32,000 nucleotides of DNA from Psychrobacter sp. HD31 (GTDB lineage: Bacteria > Pseudomonadota > Gammaproteobacteria > Pseudomonadales > Moraxellaceae), in the NCBI RefSeq assembly GCF_051097895.1, contig NZ_CP142525.1, positions 450,001 through 482,000 on the forward strand, read 5' to 3'. The notes below the pieces were generated by a model. It saw only the letters and a program-made list of their open reading frames with translations. It had not been told where the DNA came from and searched no databases. The position numbers and the translations under genes are program-made. Below are positions 9,056 to 17,977 of this stretch, piece after piece (within the stretch, counting starts at the first letter, position 1; every line of letters starts with the position of its first letter).

Positions 9056-9187
9056 ATTAATACCTAAATTATCTTGTAAAAAACTTTGGTTATTTTAGCT
9101 GATATCATAAAAATACGATAGCATAAAAAATTAGGTTAAAACCCCAATAAAAATAGGGTAAAATGGCATTTTGTTTTTCAAAAGGTA

Positions 9188-10072
9188 TTGAGTATGTTTC
9201 AACTTCTGCCATTATTTTTAGCATACATTATGTTTGCACTGGGTTTGCAATTAAAGTTTAACGATTTTGCGCCTGTGGTTACCATGCCAAAAGCATTGTT
9301 AATTGGTTTATTTAATCAGCTGGTATTAGTGCCTGTGGTTGCTTTTGCTTTAGTTAGTTTATTTAACCCGCCACCAGAAGTTGGTTTTGGGGTGATGCTG
9401 TTAAGCTTTTGTGCAGGTGGTATTACCAGTAATTTAATGAGTTATTATGCTGGTGGTAGAGTGGCACTGTCTATCGTATTAACGGCAATTGCAAGTATGC
9501 TTGCTATGGTAACCGTTCCTTTGCTAGTGCAGTATTTTTACCCAATGTTTTTTGAAAGCTTGCCACAAAACTTTGCAGTGGGGATTTTGGCTGTTAGGGT
9601 TTTATTAATTACAACAATACCTGTAATTTTAGGTATGGTACTAAACCAGTTGTTACCAAATTTTGTTGCCAAATGGCAGGGTAAATTACAAAAAATTGCG
9701 ACAATTTTATTTGCTATTATGGTGATAGGGGCCGTTGTTAATAGCTGGGATATGCTACAAAAACAATTGGTGCATATTGGTGGCTTGGTGCTTATCATGG
9801 CATTAGTATTGTTGTTTGTAAGCTTTAGTTTCGCCAAGTTGATGGGGCTGGATTTTGCAAACCAAAAGACGATTGCAATTGAAACCAGCCTACAAAATGG
9901 TGCAATGGGTATTGCTTTAGCGCCACTTATTGCTGGTGTAACGGGTGGGTTGCCTGCTTTTGCGATTCCATCGGCTATTTATGGTGTATTAATGAACGCA
10001 GTAGTATTGCCATTTGTTTTTTATCATTATTATAAACTGGCCAAAACGTCTACTGTTAGAGATGTGCACTAA
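9188..10072 (+). CDS. bile acid:sodium symporter (BASS/SBF) family transporter
   Basis: About 9-10 hydrophobic helices. It has a BASS-like core: CAGGITSNLMSYYAGGRVALSIVLTAIASMLAMVTVPLL, and later ETSLQNGAMGIALA. The ORF track start is TTG 9188; ATG 9194 is an equally plausible start. Confidence 0.7.
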   Translation: MSMFQLLPLFLAYIMFALGLQLKFNDFAPVVTMPKALLIGLFNQLVLVPVVAFALVSLFNPPPEVGFGVMLLSFCAGGITSNLMSYYAGGRVALSIVLTAIASMLAMVTVPLLVQYFYPMFFESLPQNFAVGILAVRVLLITTIPVILGMVLNQLLPNFVAKWQGKLQKIATILFAIMVIGAVVNSWDMLQKQLVHIGGLVLIMALVLLFVSFSFAKLMGLDFANQKTIAIETSLQNGAMGIALAPLIAGVTGGLPAFAIPSAIYGVLMNAVVLPFVFYHYYKLAKTSTVRDVH

Positions 10073-10084
10073 TTTATTCATCCT

Positions 10085-10117
10085 GTATGGTTTATTATCT
10101 ATTGTAATAAACCATAC
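10085..10117. other. perfect 13-bp inverted repeat 13 nt after the BASS stop codon (possible T-run-less terminator or protein-binding palindrome)
   Basis: GTATGGTTTATTA (10085-10097), loop TCTATTG, TAATAAACCATAC (10105-10117). No T-run follows on either strand. Confidence 0.4.
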
Positions 10118-10361
10118 AATTGTGCTTAGCAGTTTGATAAGGACTAACTTAAACCTAAATATAAGCTTAGCGTCTGTATTCCCCTCTGTGTCTGTTTAAA
10201 AACCATCCTTCCTAGTCTTTTAAACTTAAGTCTTTTTGCACTTTTTATGCTATAATTTAATGATTATTTTTTTACATAAAAACCATAAAAAACACCTTAA
10301 TTTTTAGTCAGTAATTAACCCATTGGTTATGCTTTAAAAAGATAGGTTTCAAGGAGTTTGT

Positions 10362-13034
10362 ATGAGTGATTCGGTTAGCCCGATTGCCATTGTCGATGAA
10401 TTAAAACAATCCTATTTAGATTACGCAATGAGCGTTATTGTATCGCGTGCTTTACCAGATGTGCGAGACGGTTTAAAACCAGTACACCGCCGTGTTATGT
10501 ATGCCATGCACGAGCTATCAAACGATTACAACAAGCCTTATAAAAAATCTGCCCGTGTGGTGGGTGATGTTATTGGTAAATACCACCCACATGGTGATAC
10601 GGCAGTTTATGATGCGATTGTGCGTATGGCACAGGATTTTAGCTTGCGTTATACCATGGTAGATGGTCAAGGTAACTTTGGTTCAATTGATGATGATCCA
10701 CCGGCCGCTATGCGTTATACCGAAGTACGTATGACCAAGCTTACGCACCAAATGCTTGCTGATTTAGATAAAGATACCGTGGACTGGGAAGCCAACTACG
10801 ACGGCTCAGAGCAAATGCCAAGTGTTCTGCCAGCTCGTATCCCTAATTTATTGGTAAATGGTGCAACTGGTATTGCAGTTGGTATGGCAACCAACATGGC
10901 ACCTCACAATTTAACAGAAGTATTAAATGCTTGTTTAGCGTATGCAGACAACCCACATATCAGCGCTGAAGAATTAATGAGTCATATCTCTGGTCCAGAT
11001 TTCCCGACGGGTGGTGTTATCCATGGGCGAGCTGGTATACGTGATGCTTATTTAACAGGTAAAGGCCGCTTGCATATCCGTGGTCGTTATCATATTGAAG
11101 AAATGGCAACCAGTGGTGCGAATAAAGAGCGTGAGCGTATTGTATTTACCGAAGTCCCTTATCAAACCAATAAAGCCAAACTTATTGAACGTATTGCCGA
11201 GCTTGTACGAGATAAAAAGCTAGAAGGTATTAGCGAGATTCGTGATGAGTCTGATAAAGATGGTATGCGTATTGCCATTGACTTAAAACGTGGTGAAGTA
11301 TCTGAGGTGATTGTCAATAACCTGTTTTTACAAACAGCGTTAGAAACCAGCTTTAGTATCAATATGGTTGCCTTAGATGAAGGTCAGCCAAAGTTAATGA
11401 CGCTACGAGAGCTGATTGCTGCCTTTGTTCGACATCGCCAAGAAGTTGTGACACGCCGTACCATTTATGAACTTAACAAAGCCCGTGCCCGTGGTCATTT
11501 ATTAGAAGGCTTAACCGTTGCGTTAGCCAATATTGATGAAATTATTGAAACCATTAAATCATCAGCAAACCGTGGTGAAGCAAGAGAAAAATTATTAGCC
11601 GAAACATGGGAGTCAGGTGGTGTCGTTGCCATGCTAGAAGCAGCAGGCAGTCAATCTTGCCGTCCTGAATTTATAGAAGGCGAAGATCCAAACAACCCAT
11701 TTGGTTTGATTGATGATGGTCAACGTTATCGTTTATCGCTAGAACAGGTTAATGCAATTTTAGAGATGCAGTTGCATCGTTTAACAGGGCTAGAGCAAGA
11801 TAAACTAACCGAAGAATATCAAGATATCTTACGTGAAATTGCACGTTTGGAATCTATCCTTGCTGATTTTGATAAATTGATGACAGTTATCAAAAATGAG
11901 ATGCACGAAATTTTAGATAGCTATGGCGATGAACGTCGTACTGATATTGTAGACAGTCGCGCTGATTTTAGCCGTGAAGATTTAATCCCTGAACAAACAG
12001 TGGTAATGACGGTATCTCGCACAGGTTATGCCAAAACCCAACCAATTGGCGATTATGTTGCCCAAAAACGTGGTGGTAAAGGCAAATCTGCGACCAGCAT
12101 GAAAGAAGATGATGTGATTGATCATCTGGTTGTGACATCAACCCATGCAACCGTATTATGTTTTACAGATAACGGACGTGTGTTTAGCTTACGTGGTTTT
12201 GAAGTACCATTAGCAAGCCGTGGTTCTCGTGGTCGTCCTTTGGTTAATTTAATTAAATTAGATACGGATGAAAACGTAACAACCATCTTACCAATCCCGC
12301 AAGTCAGTGCAACCGAAACGGATGAAGAAGAAACCGAGATAAACAATCAGTATGTATTTTTTGCAACCGCAAAAGGTACGGTTAAGCGTGTTGAATTAGC
12401 GCTGTTTAGTAACATCCGTTCTAATGGTTTGATTGCAATTGGGCTTGAAGAAGACGACAAGCTTATTAGTACTCGTATCACTAATGGTAATCAGCAAGTG
12501 ATGCTGTTTGCTTCTAGTGGTAAGGCAATACGGTTTAATGAGCAAGATATCCGTGTAATGGGACGTACAGCCAAAGGCGTGCGTGGCATGCGTATTGCTA
12601 AAAATGAAGCAATTAAATCTATGGTTGTGATTGATGATGACATTAAAGAAGTATTGATTGCTTGTGAAAATGGCTTTGGTAAACGAACTCAGATTGAAGA
12701 GTTTAATGCCCAAAACCGTGGCGGTGGTGGTGTTATTGCCATTAAGACCAGTGACCGAAATGGGGCACTGGTGCGTGCGGTTAAAGTGACAGATGATGAT
12801 GATGTTATCTTAATTACTAACAAAGGGACACTTGTGCGCACGCCAATTAAAGATATTGCTAAGGCGGGGCGTAACACTCAAGGAGTGACGTTAATCCGTG
12901 TTGCAGATGATGAAAAACTGGTATCTATGGCTCGTGTAGAAAATGAAGAAGATGTCAAGGTTGAAGGCATTGAAATAGACGAGGCAGAAATTGCCCAAGT
13001 TACTGAAAGTAACAGCGTACAAGATGAAGAATGA
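10362..13034 (+). CDS. gyrA: DNA gyrase subunit A
   Basis: 890 aa. [24 protein letters not shown], catalytic region AAMRYTEVR, a six-blade C-terminal beta-pinwheel region and an acidic tail. The RBS AAGGAG lies 7 nt upstream of the ATG. Confidence 0.97.
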   Translation: MSDSVSPIAIVDELKQSYLDYAMSVIVSRALPDVRDGLKPVHRRVMYAMHELSNDYNKPYKKSARVVGDVIGKYHPHGDTAVYDAIVRMAQDFSLRYTMVDGQGNFGSIDDDPPAAMRYTEVRMTKLTHQMLADLDKDTVDWEANYDGSEQMPSVLPARIPNLLVNGATGIAVGMATNMAPHNLTEVLNACLAYADNPHISAEELMSHISGPDFPTGGVIHGRAGIRDAYLTGKGRLHIRGRYHIEEMATSGANKERERIVFTEVPYQTNKAKLIERIAELVRDKKLEGISEIRDESDKDGMRIAIDLKRGEVSEVIVNNLFLQTALETSFSINMVALDEGQPKLMTLRELIAAFVRHRQEVVTRRTIYELNKARARGHLLEGLTVALANIDEIIETIKSSANRGEAREKLLAETWESGGVVAMLEAAGSQSCRPEFIEGEDPNNPFGLIDDGQRYRLSLEQVNAILEMQLHRLTGLEQDKLTEEYQDILREIARLESILADFDKLMTVIKNEMHEILDSYGDERRTDIVDSRADFSREDLIPEQTVVMTVSRTGYAKTQPIGDYVAQKRGGKGKSATSMKEDDVIDHLVVTSTHATVLCFTDNGRVFSLRGFEVPLASRGSRGRPLVNLIKLDTDENVTTILPIPQVSATETDEEETEINNQYVFFATAKGTVKRVELALFSNIRSNGLIAIGLEEDDKLISTRITNGNQQVMLFASSGKAIRFNEQDIRVMGRTAKGVRGMRIAKNEAIKSMVVIDDDIKEVLIACENGFGKRTQIEEFNAQNRGGGGVIAIKTSDRNGALVRAVKVTDDDDVILITNKGTLVRTPIKDIAKAGRNTQGVTLIRVADDEKLVSMARVENEEDVKVEGIEIDEAEIAQVTESNSVQDEE

Positions 13035-13040
13035 TTGATT

Positions 13041-13070
13041 AAAATGGTGGCTAAATAGTCGCCATTTTTT
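13041..13070 (+). terminator. rho-independent terminator of gyrA
   Basis: AAAATGGTGGC / GTCGCCATTTT forms an 11-bp stem including 2 G-U pairs, with loop TAAATA, followed by a T-run through 13070. Confidence 0.6.
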
Positions 13071-13097
13071 ATTTAATCTCCACGGTTTAAATAAAGC

Positions 13098-13616
13098 ATG
13101 GAAAATGTATTAGTCAGTAGCTGCTTATTAGCAAAAAAAGTCAGATATAATGCAACTGATGTCAAAGCTAAAGACATAAGCTTTACTCTTATTGTTAACA
13201 AATGGTTAGCAGACAATCGGGTAATCAGCATTTGTCCAGAAGTTGATGCAGGGATGAGTATTCCAAGACCTTCTGCTGAAATTTTTAGAGGCGATGGGAT
13301 GGATGTTTGGCTAAACGAAACAACTGTTTATGAGAACTATGGTAAAGATGTCACAGCAAGTTTTAAACAAGGCGCTACTAACGCATTAAAAATTTGTATA
13401 AAGCATAATATAAAGGTAGCAGTCTTAACAGAAAATAGTCCGTCTTGTGGTAGCAGATACGTGTATGATGGATCTTTTAGTGGCAAAAAGATAGAAGGCG
13501 TTGGTGTTACAACTGCCTTATTACAACAAAATGGGATTATTGTTTTTAATCAAAATGACATTATAAAAGCCCATCACTATTTATTAACTCTTGAATCAAA
13601 TAATATAAACCAATAA
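13098..13616 (+). CDS. DUF523 family protein (TudS / 2-thiouracil desulfurase-like, Fe-S)
   Basis: 172 aa. VLVSSCLL....RYN, ICPEV.AGMSIPRPSAEI and NSPSCGS..VYDGSFSG match the conserved Cys-containing blocks of DUF523/YbbK-type proteins. Confidence 0.65.
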   Translation: MENVLVSSCLLAKKVRYNATDVKAKDISFTLIVNKWLADNRVISICPEVDAGMSIPRPSAEIFRGDGMDVWLNETTVYENYGKDVTASFKQGATNALKICIKHNIKVAVLTENSPSCGSRYVYDGSFSGKKIEGVGVTTALLQQNGIIVFNQNDIIKAHHYLLTLESNNINQ

Positions 13617-13632
13617 TTTAAAAAAAGGATAC

Positions 13633-14298
13633 ATGATGCTACATCTACACCACTTAGAAAATTCACGCTCTCTTAGAATTGCTTGGCTCCTTGAAGAGCT
13701 TAATTTAGATTATAAATTAACGGTATATCAGCGTACAAAAGCAAACTTGGCACCCAAGAGTCTGGAAAAAATTCACCCAATGGGTAAAGCACCTATCTTA
13801 GAAGTGGATGATAAGGCTTTAGCAGAGTCTGGATTTATTATTGACTACTTACTTAAACATCATGATACAAAAGGTACTTTAAAGCCAAATGATGGTAAAG
13901 CATGGGAAGACTATACGTATTGGTTTCATTTTGCAGAAAGCAGTGCCATGCCAAACTTGGTAATGAGGTTAATTTTTAGTAAGGTTGTTGAACGCTCACC
14001 GCTTGTGATACGACCAGTTGCTAAAAAAATACAAGCATCAGTAGAAGAATCTATGATCAGCGGTAACATTAATAAAATGCTTGATTTGATGGATCAACAC
14101 TTATCAGCGAATAAATGGTTTGCTGGCAATGAGTTTACAGCAGCTGATATTCAAATGTATCTGGTTGGGGTGGGTGCAAATGCTCGCAATAGCTTGGATA
14201 AAACTAAATATGCCAATATCTTAAATTGGCTAAAACGTTGTGAAAGCCGTGATGCATTTTTAAAAGCGGTAGATAAAGCGGGTAAGCTTGATTTTTAA
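13633..14298 (+). CDS. glutathione S-transferase family protein
   Basis: 221 aa. N-terminal thioredoxin-like GST fold (L.NSRSLRIAWLLEEL...Y, GKAPILE.D..L.ESG.I..YL) and an alpha-helical C-terminal domain. The SD AAGGA lies upstream, 16 bp after the DUF523 gene. Confidence 0.75.
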   Translation: MMLHLHHLENSRSLRIAWLLEELNLDYKLTVYQRTKANLAPKSLEKIHPMGKAPILEVDDKALAESGFIIDYLLKHHDTKGTLKPNDGKAWEDYTYWFHFAESSAMPNLVMRLIFSKVVERSPLVIRPVAKKIQASVEESMISGNINKMLDLMDQHLSANKWFAGNEFTAADIQMYLVGVGANARNSLDKTKYANILNWLKRCESRDAFLKAVDKAGKLDF

Positions 14299-14316
14299 TT
14301 TAGCTATGTTATGTAT

Positions 14317-14342
14317 GGGTATTTGAAAGCAATTAAATACCC
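14317..14342. terminator. hairpin between convergent GST and SCP2-like genes (weak, possibly bidirectional terminator)
   Basis: GGGTATTT (14317-14324), a 10-nt loop, AAATACCC (14335-14342). No strong T-run is adjacent. Confidence 0.3.
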
Positions 14343-14362
14343 AATACTTTTAAAATGAAAAC

Positions 14363-14989
14363 TTAGATAAAAAAGCTAATAATGGCAATAATAGTTGCAA
14401 TTACAGCGATGGATATAAATAATTTTTGCTTGCTTTTAAGCTCGTTAACTTGAGTAGAAAGTTTTTTGTTTTCGATATTAGCAACATCTAACTGTTGATA
14501 AAGGGTTTGAATTTTTTGTGCGTTATCAGCATGGGTTTTTTTGCTGGTATCTTTAATATCTTCTTGTTTAGTTTTGTTTTCTTTGTTTTTTACCAAGCCA
14601 AATATATTACTAATACTCAGCTGTTTCATAAAGCTTTTAACTAAATCAACTTGCTTAGCTTCTCCACGAAACTGCAGTTTTTCAACAGTGGCTTCTTTAT
14701 TAGAAAAAATAGAGGTAAATATTTGAAAGCTGTAAGCATTAATAATAACGTCAGGTTTTTGTTTGTCTGCTGGCAGCTGTGTATCAATAAGAAGCCCTTT
14801 AAAGGTAAAGCTAATGTAAACCTCTTCATGTGGCACATAGCTACGTATACAAACCACCGTATTGTTTTGTGCAAGTGGATAAGCAGCTTGGCGCAACTTA
14901 GAATCAAACCGTAAAATTAAACCCAATGCCGACTCTAAAACAACCAAAAGAGCGGTTAATAAGGATTGAGGAAGATTAGTTTGATTCAT
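14363..14989 (-). CDS. SCP2-domain (UbiJ/UbiT-like) protein with coiled coil and C-terminal transmembrane anchor
   Basis: 208 aa. The N-terminal ~125 aa follow the UbiJ/SCP2 pattern (LLTALLVVLESALGLILRFD...., PDVIINAYSFQIFTSIFS, LQFRGEAKQVDLVKSFMKQL). A Lys/Glu-rich linker follows, then a heptad-like segment QKIQTLYQQLDVANIENKKLSTQVNELKSKQK and a terminal hydrophobic helix LFISIAVIATIIAIISFFI. Confidence 0.45.
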   Translation of the reverse strand: MNQTNLPQSLLTALLVVLESALGLILRFDSKLRQAAYPLAQNNTVVCIRSYVPHEEVYISFTFKGLLIDTQLPADKQKPDVIINAYSFQIFTSIFSNKEATVEKLQFRGEAKQVDLVKSFMKQLSISNIFGLVKNKENKTKQEDIKDTSKKTHADNAQKIQTLYQQLDVANIENKKLSTQVNELKSKQKLFISIAVIATIIAIISFFI

Positions 14990-15184
14990 GAAAATAACCT
15001 ATATTGATTTTGGTGTTTATCTTAGAGATTTATTAAGGTCTGGTCAAGTTTTATCATTTTCTTTATTAATTTAAAATATTGAATAATAAATTCGCTACAG
15101 CCCTTTTAAACAGAGGATTTATGCGAATTTTGTATATTTTTTACACAATACGGCGGATTTCTTAGTAAATTTACGATATTTTAC

Positions 15185-15213
15185 TTGCACATTTATAAAA
15201 TGCTTGATATAAA
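15185..15213 (+). promoter_or_regulatory. candidate sigma70 promoter inside the long intergenic region (TTGCAC-17 nt-TATAAA)
   Basis: TTGCAC at 15185-15190, a 17-nt spacer, TATAAA at 15208-15213. AT-rich context makes chance matches likely. Confidence 0.3.
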
Positions 15214-15314
15214 TTCATTATTGTTGTTAATTGGCTAAGCCCTTGCTGGTTGTACAGTTTAATACACAGCTTAATTTAGCATGGCTATTTTATAAATTTA
15301 ACAACCTATGTTTA

Positions 15315-15433
15315 GCGGTTTCATTAATATATTTTTTAATATAAATATATCAAATGAAACCGCAAATTTTGAGGATTTTGAAACTCTCTTATAGAGTTTC
15401 TGGTTATTTGACCAGTTAGTTTGTATTTTTTTT
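15315..15433 (+). other. cluster of three stem-loops ending in a T8 run, upstream of hupB (leader, small RNA or protein-binding region)
   Basis: Hairpin 1 is GCGGTTTCATT (15315-15325) / AATGAAACCGC (15353-15363), extendable by 6 more AT pairs. Hairpin 2 is GAAACTCT (15380-15387) / AGAGTTTC (15393-15400). Hairpin 3 is CTGGT (15400-15404) / ACCAG (15411-15415). T8 lies at 15426-15433. Confidence 0.35.
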
Positions 15434-15520
15434 AAAATTACTGGTTTAGTATATTGCTTTATTATAGTGGTGAAGGTTACAATACCGTAACGGTCACGTA
15501 TTTCATTGAAGGAAATAGTT

Positions 15521-15793
15521 ATGAATAAATCTGAATTAATAGATAGCATTGCTGAGAAAAGCGGTCTTAACAAAACTCAAGCTGGTGATGCTTTAAATGC
15601 ATTTATGGAAACTGTTGGTAAAACGCTAGAAAAAGGCGACAGTATCTCTTTAGTTGGTTTTGGCACTTTTAGTGTAAAAGAGCGTAAAGCGCGCACTGGT
15701 CGTAACCCAAGAACTGGTCAAGAGCTAAAAATCCCTGCAAGCAAAGTTCCTAGCTTTAAAGCAGGTAAAGGTCTTAAAGATCGTGTAAACTAA
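15521..15793 (+). CDS. hupB: DNA-binding protein HU (beta-type by synteny with ppiD)
   Basis: 90 aa from ATG 15521: [16 protein letters not shown]...[19 protein letters not shown]......A.KVP.FKAGK.LKD.VN. GAAGGA lies upstream. The ORF track's TTG at 15506 adds 5 residues that are not typical for HU. Confidence 0.95.
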   Translation: MNKSELIDSIAEKSGLNKTQAGDALNAFMETVGKTLEKGDSISLVGFGTFSVKERKARTGRNPRTGQELKIPASKVPSFKAGKGLKDRVN

Positions 15794-15819
15794 TTTGTTT
15801 GCAATCTATAAGATTTAAG

Positions 15820-15843
15820 AGCGCACATTTTGTGCGTTTTTTT
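15820..15843 (+). terminator. rho-independent terminator of hupB
   Basis: CGCACA (15822-15827), loop TTT, TGTGCG (15831-15836), then T7 (15837-15843). Confidence 0.7.
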
Positions 15844-15984
15844 ATTGTCTGCATTTTGGTAAAGAGATAACAAAGCCTAACCTTGTATTATCAACTTATC
15901 GTAATCAATGGTATACTAATAAGCTAAATTGTTTAGCTAGATAGCTAGTTTTTTAACACTTATAAATTATTATTTGATTGAATT

Positions 15985-17859
15985 ATGGACAAATTAAGAG
16001 ATTTCTTAAAAAGTAAGATGGGGCAGTTGCTCATGGCATTATGCCTCATTCCGATGGCATTTTTGGGTTTTAGTGGTTCTTTTGGTGGCGCTAGTTCTGA
16101 TCCAAATACAGTTGCAACAATAGGCAAACGTAGCATTACAACGAATGAGCTACAAAATGCGATAACCAATTATCGCCAAGCCTTGATTGCACAGGATGCC
16201 AATGCAAGTCAAATAAATGAATCGGTTTTAAAAGATCAAGCATTGCAAGATTTAATTAATAGTGACCTATTGGTTCAGCAAGCTAATAAGCTTGGTATGG
16301 GCTTATCGGATAAAACGATTAGTATGATTTTGCAAAAGCAAAGAGTATTTCAAGATGAAAACGGTGAGTTTTCTAATGCGCTATTTGCAAACTTTTTAAA
16401 AACTCGTGGCATTACTAAAGATCAGCTGTTTGATGAGCAAAGAAGCCAATATGCACTCAATCAGCTAAATAGAAGTATTGTCAGTAGTTCTATTTACCCA
16501 ATTTCAGCAATTAATAGCTTTATAAACTTGCAGCTGCAAACGCGTAATGTGTGGTTACATAGATTTAATTGGCAAGACTTTGCCAATCAAGTGACTGTTA
16601 GTGATAACGAGATTAATGACTACTATCACCAGCATCAAAATGACTTGCAAAGTATTGCTATGGTAGATTTGTCGTATATTACTTTAACACCTGAAGAGAT
16701 TAATGTTGAGGCAGTGACAGATGAAGAAATGAATCAACAATATGAAGCTTATAAACAAGAGCTGAATATTGATGATATGCGTGAAATTAGCCAAATTTTA
16801 TTAACTGGTGAGGATGCGGGTAGTAAATCTCAAGAAGTGATACAAAAGCTTGCGGATGGTGCTAAATTTGCTGCTTTAGCTAAAGCATATTCTGATGACC
16901 CTTCGGCTGAAAATGGTGGTGATATTGGTCGTTTTAATGCGGCGGTATTTGGTAATGAAGCCAATAAGGTGAAAAAAGCATTAAATGGTCTCAAGGTGGG
17001 TGACGTTAGTAAACCAGTTACCACCAGTTATGGCATACAGATTTTTACAGTAACCTCTAATAATAATGATAAGATTCCGAGTATTGATGATGTTCGCCCA
17101 GAACTAGAAGATAGGGCAATACGCTATAAACGTGAGCAAGCTTTTTCTGATAAAGTCACACAGATTAATGAACTAGCAGTGAATGGCTATAGTATCCAAG
17201 ATATTGCAGATCAAGAAAAAGTAACGTTTAAAACAATTAAAGATTTTCAAGAAGAAGATAACCAAACAGAACTTGGTCAACCAATTATTATTGAAAAAGC
17301 TTTTGATGATAATATTATTCAAGAACAGGCTGTTACGGCAAATATTAATGTTAATAGCAAAACATACTGGATACAACCTGTTAATTATCGTCCAATAAAA
17401 TCGCTTTCTGCCGAAGAGGCCACGCCAGTTATTAAAGCGTTATTAACGAAGCAAAAAGCTTCTAAACTTGCTTTACAAGAAGCGCAAACAACAGCAAAAG
17501 CAATTATATCTAAAGAGGATATGACGCAGCAAAAGGTTAAATTTTCGGCACTTGGTAGTATTAACCGTCAAAGCCAAAAGCTTTTAGAAGCAGAAAAAGC
17601 AGTTGCTTTTTCTCAAAAAGCACCGGATAGTGGTGTGATTTCAATATCTGCCCTAACTGATTTGGGTGCGAGTGTGCTTGTTGTGGATAAAGTTAATGAG
17701 GTAGAGCAATCGCAATTAAGTGATATAGATCAGCGTCAAACGGCTTTAATTGTACGTCAAAACCTTGGTCAAAGCGATTTACAAGACTACCTTGAGTATT
17801 TGCGAATTACACATGGTGTAAAAATAAATGAAGAAGCAATACATTCTGGTACGCTTTAA
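15985..17859 (+). CDS. ppiD: periplasmic chaperone PpiD (peptidyl-prolyl isomerase D)
   Basis: 624 aa. N-terminal membrane anchor (MGQLLMALCLIPMAFLGF), SurA-like N domain, central parvulin-like segment (DPSAENGGDIG.F.........AL..LKVGDVS.PV.T.YG..I..V). The hupB-ppiD synteny matches E. coli. Confidence 0.85.
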   Translation: MDKLRDFLKSKMGQLLMALCLIPMAFLGFSGSFGGASSDPNTVATIGKRSITTNELQNAITNYRQALIAQDANASQINESVLKDQALQDLINSDLLVQQANKLGMGLSDKTISMILQKQRVFQDENGEFSNALFANFLKTRGITKDQLFDEQRSQYALNQLNRSIVSSSIYPISAINSFINLQLQTRNVWLHRFNWQDFANQVTVSDNEINDYYHQHQNDLQSIAMVDLSYITLTPEEINVEAVTDEEMNQQYEAYKQELNIDDMREISQILLTGEDAGSKSQEVIQKLADGAKFAALAKAYSDDPSAENGGDIGRFNAAVFGNEANKVKKALNGLKVGDVSKPVTTSYGIQIFTVTSNNNDKIPSIDDVRPELEDRAIRYKREQAFSDKVTQINELAVNGYSIQDIADQEKVTFKTIKDFQEEDNQTELGQPIIIEKAFDDNIIQEQAVTANINVNSKTYWIQPVNYRPIKSLSAEEATPVIKALLTKQKASKLALQEAQTTAKAIISKEDMTQQKVKFSALGSINRQSQKLLEAEKAVAFSQKAPDSGVISISALTDLGASVLVVDKVNEVEQSQLSDIDQRQTALIVRQNLGQSDLQDYLEYLRITHGVKINEEAIHSGTL

Positions 17860-17905
17860 GCCAAAATAAAGTTAAATTATTATAATTAAATTAACGTTAT
17901 CCAAT

Positions 17906-17940
17906 AAATAAGGTTGGTATTTTTAATACCAACCTTATTT
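17906..17940. terminator. bidirectional rho-independent terminator between convergent ppiD and purH
   Basis: A 16-bp perfect stem, AATAAGGTTGGTATT-type (17906-17921 pairs with 17925-17940), with loop TTT. It is flanked by A-rich sequence on the 5' side and T-rich sequence on the 3' side. Confidence 0.8.
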
Positions 17941-17977
17941 TTATTGTGTAAATTGACTATGGGTGTTAATCCTATTA

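Noticed and set aside
10599-10613. Fluoroquinolone-resistance substitutions in the GyrA QRDR.
   Set aside because: The residues aligning with E. coli Ser83/Asp87 are Thr80 (ACG, 10599-10601) and Asp84 (GAT, 10611-10613). Thr is the wild-type residue in several gammaproteobacteria, for example Pseudomonas Thr83, so this is a susceptible-type QRDR.
14990-15505. A CsrB/CsrC-like sponge RNA, since csrA is in the window.
   Set aside because: I counted only about 4 GGA triplets by eye in 516 nt, and none in hairpin loops. Csr sponge RNAs carry many GGA motifs in loops. Other intergenic regions (24386-24566, 25290-25515) are also GGA-poor.
15298-15573. A 91-aa minus-strand ORF spanning the hupB start and the upstream intergenic region.
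   Set aside because: It overlaps the hupB RBS and start, has no SD, and its sequence is typical of translated AT-rich non-coding DNA (Ile/Lys/Asn/Phe-rich). The hairpins in this region explain the sequence better.
17860-17977. A dif/XerCD site or replication terminus at the convergent ppiD/purH junction.
   Set aside because: The closest match is the reverse complement TAACGTTAATT versus the XerD arm TTATGTTAATT. It lacks a matching XerC arm ending in ATAA at the correct 6-bp spacing. Gene orientation switches back to + at nadK, so there is no sustained strand-bias switch.
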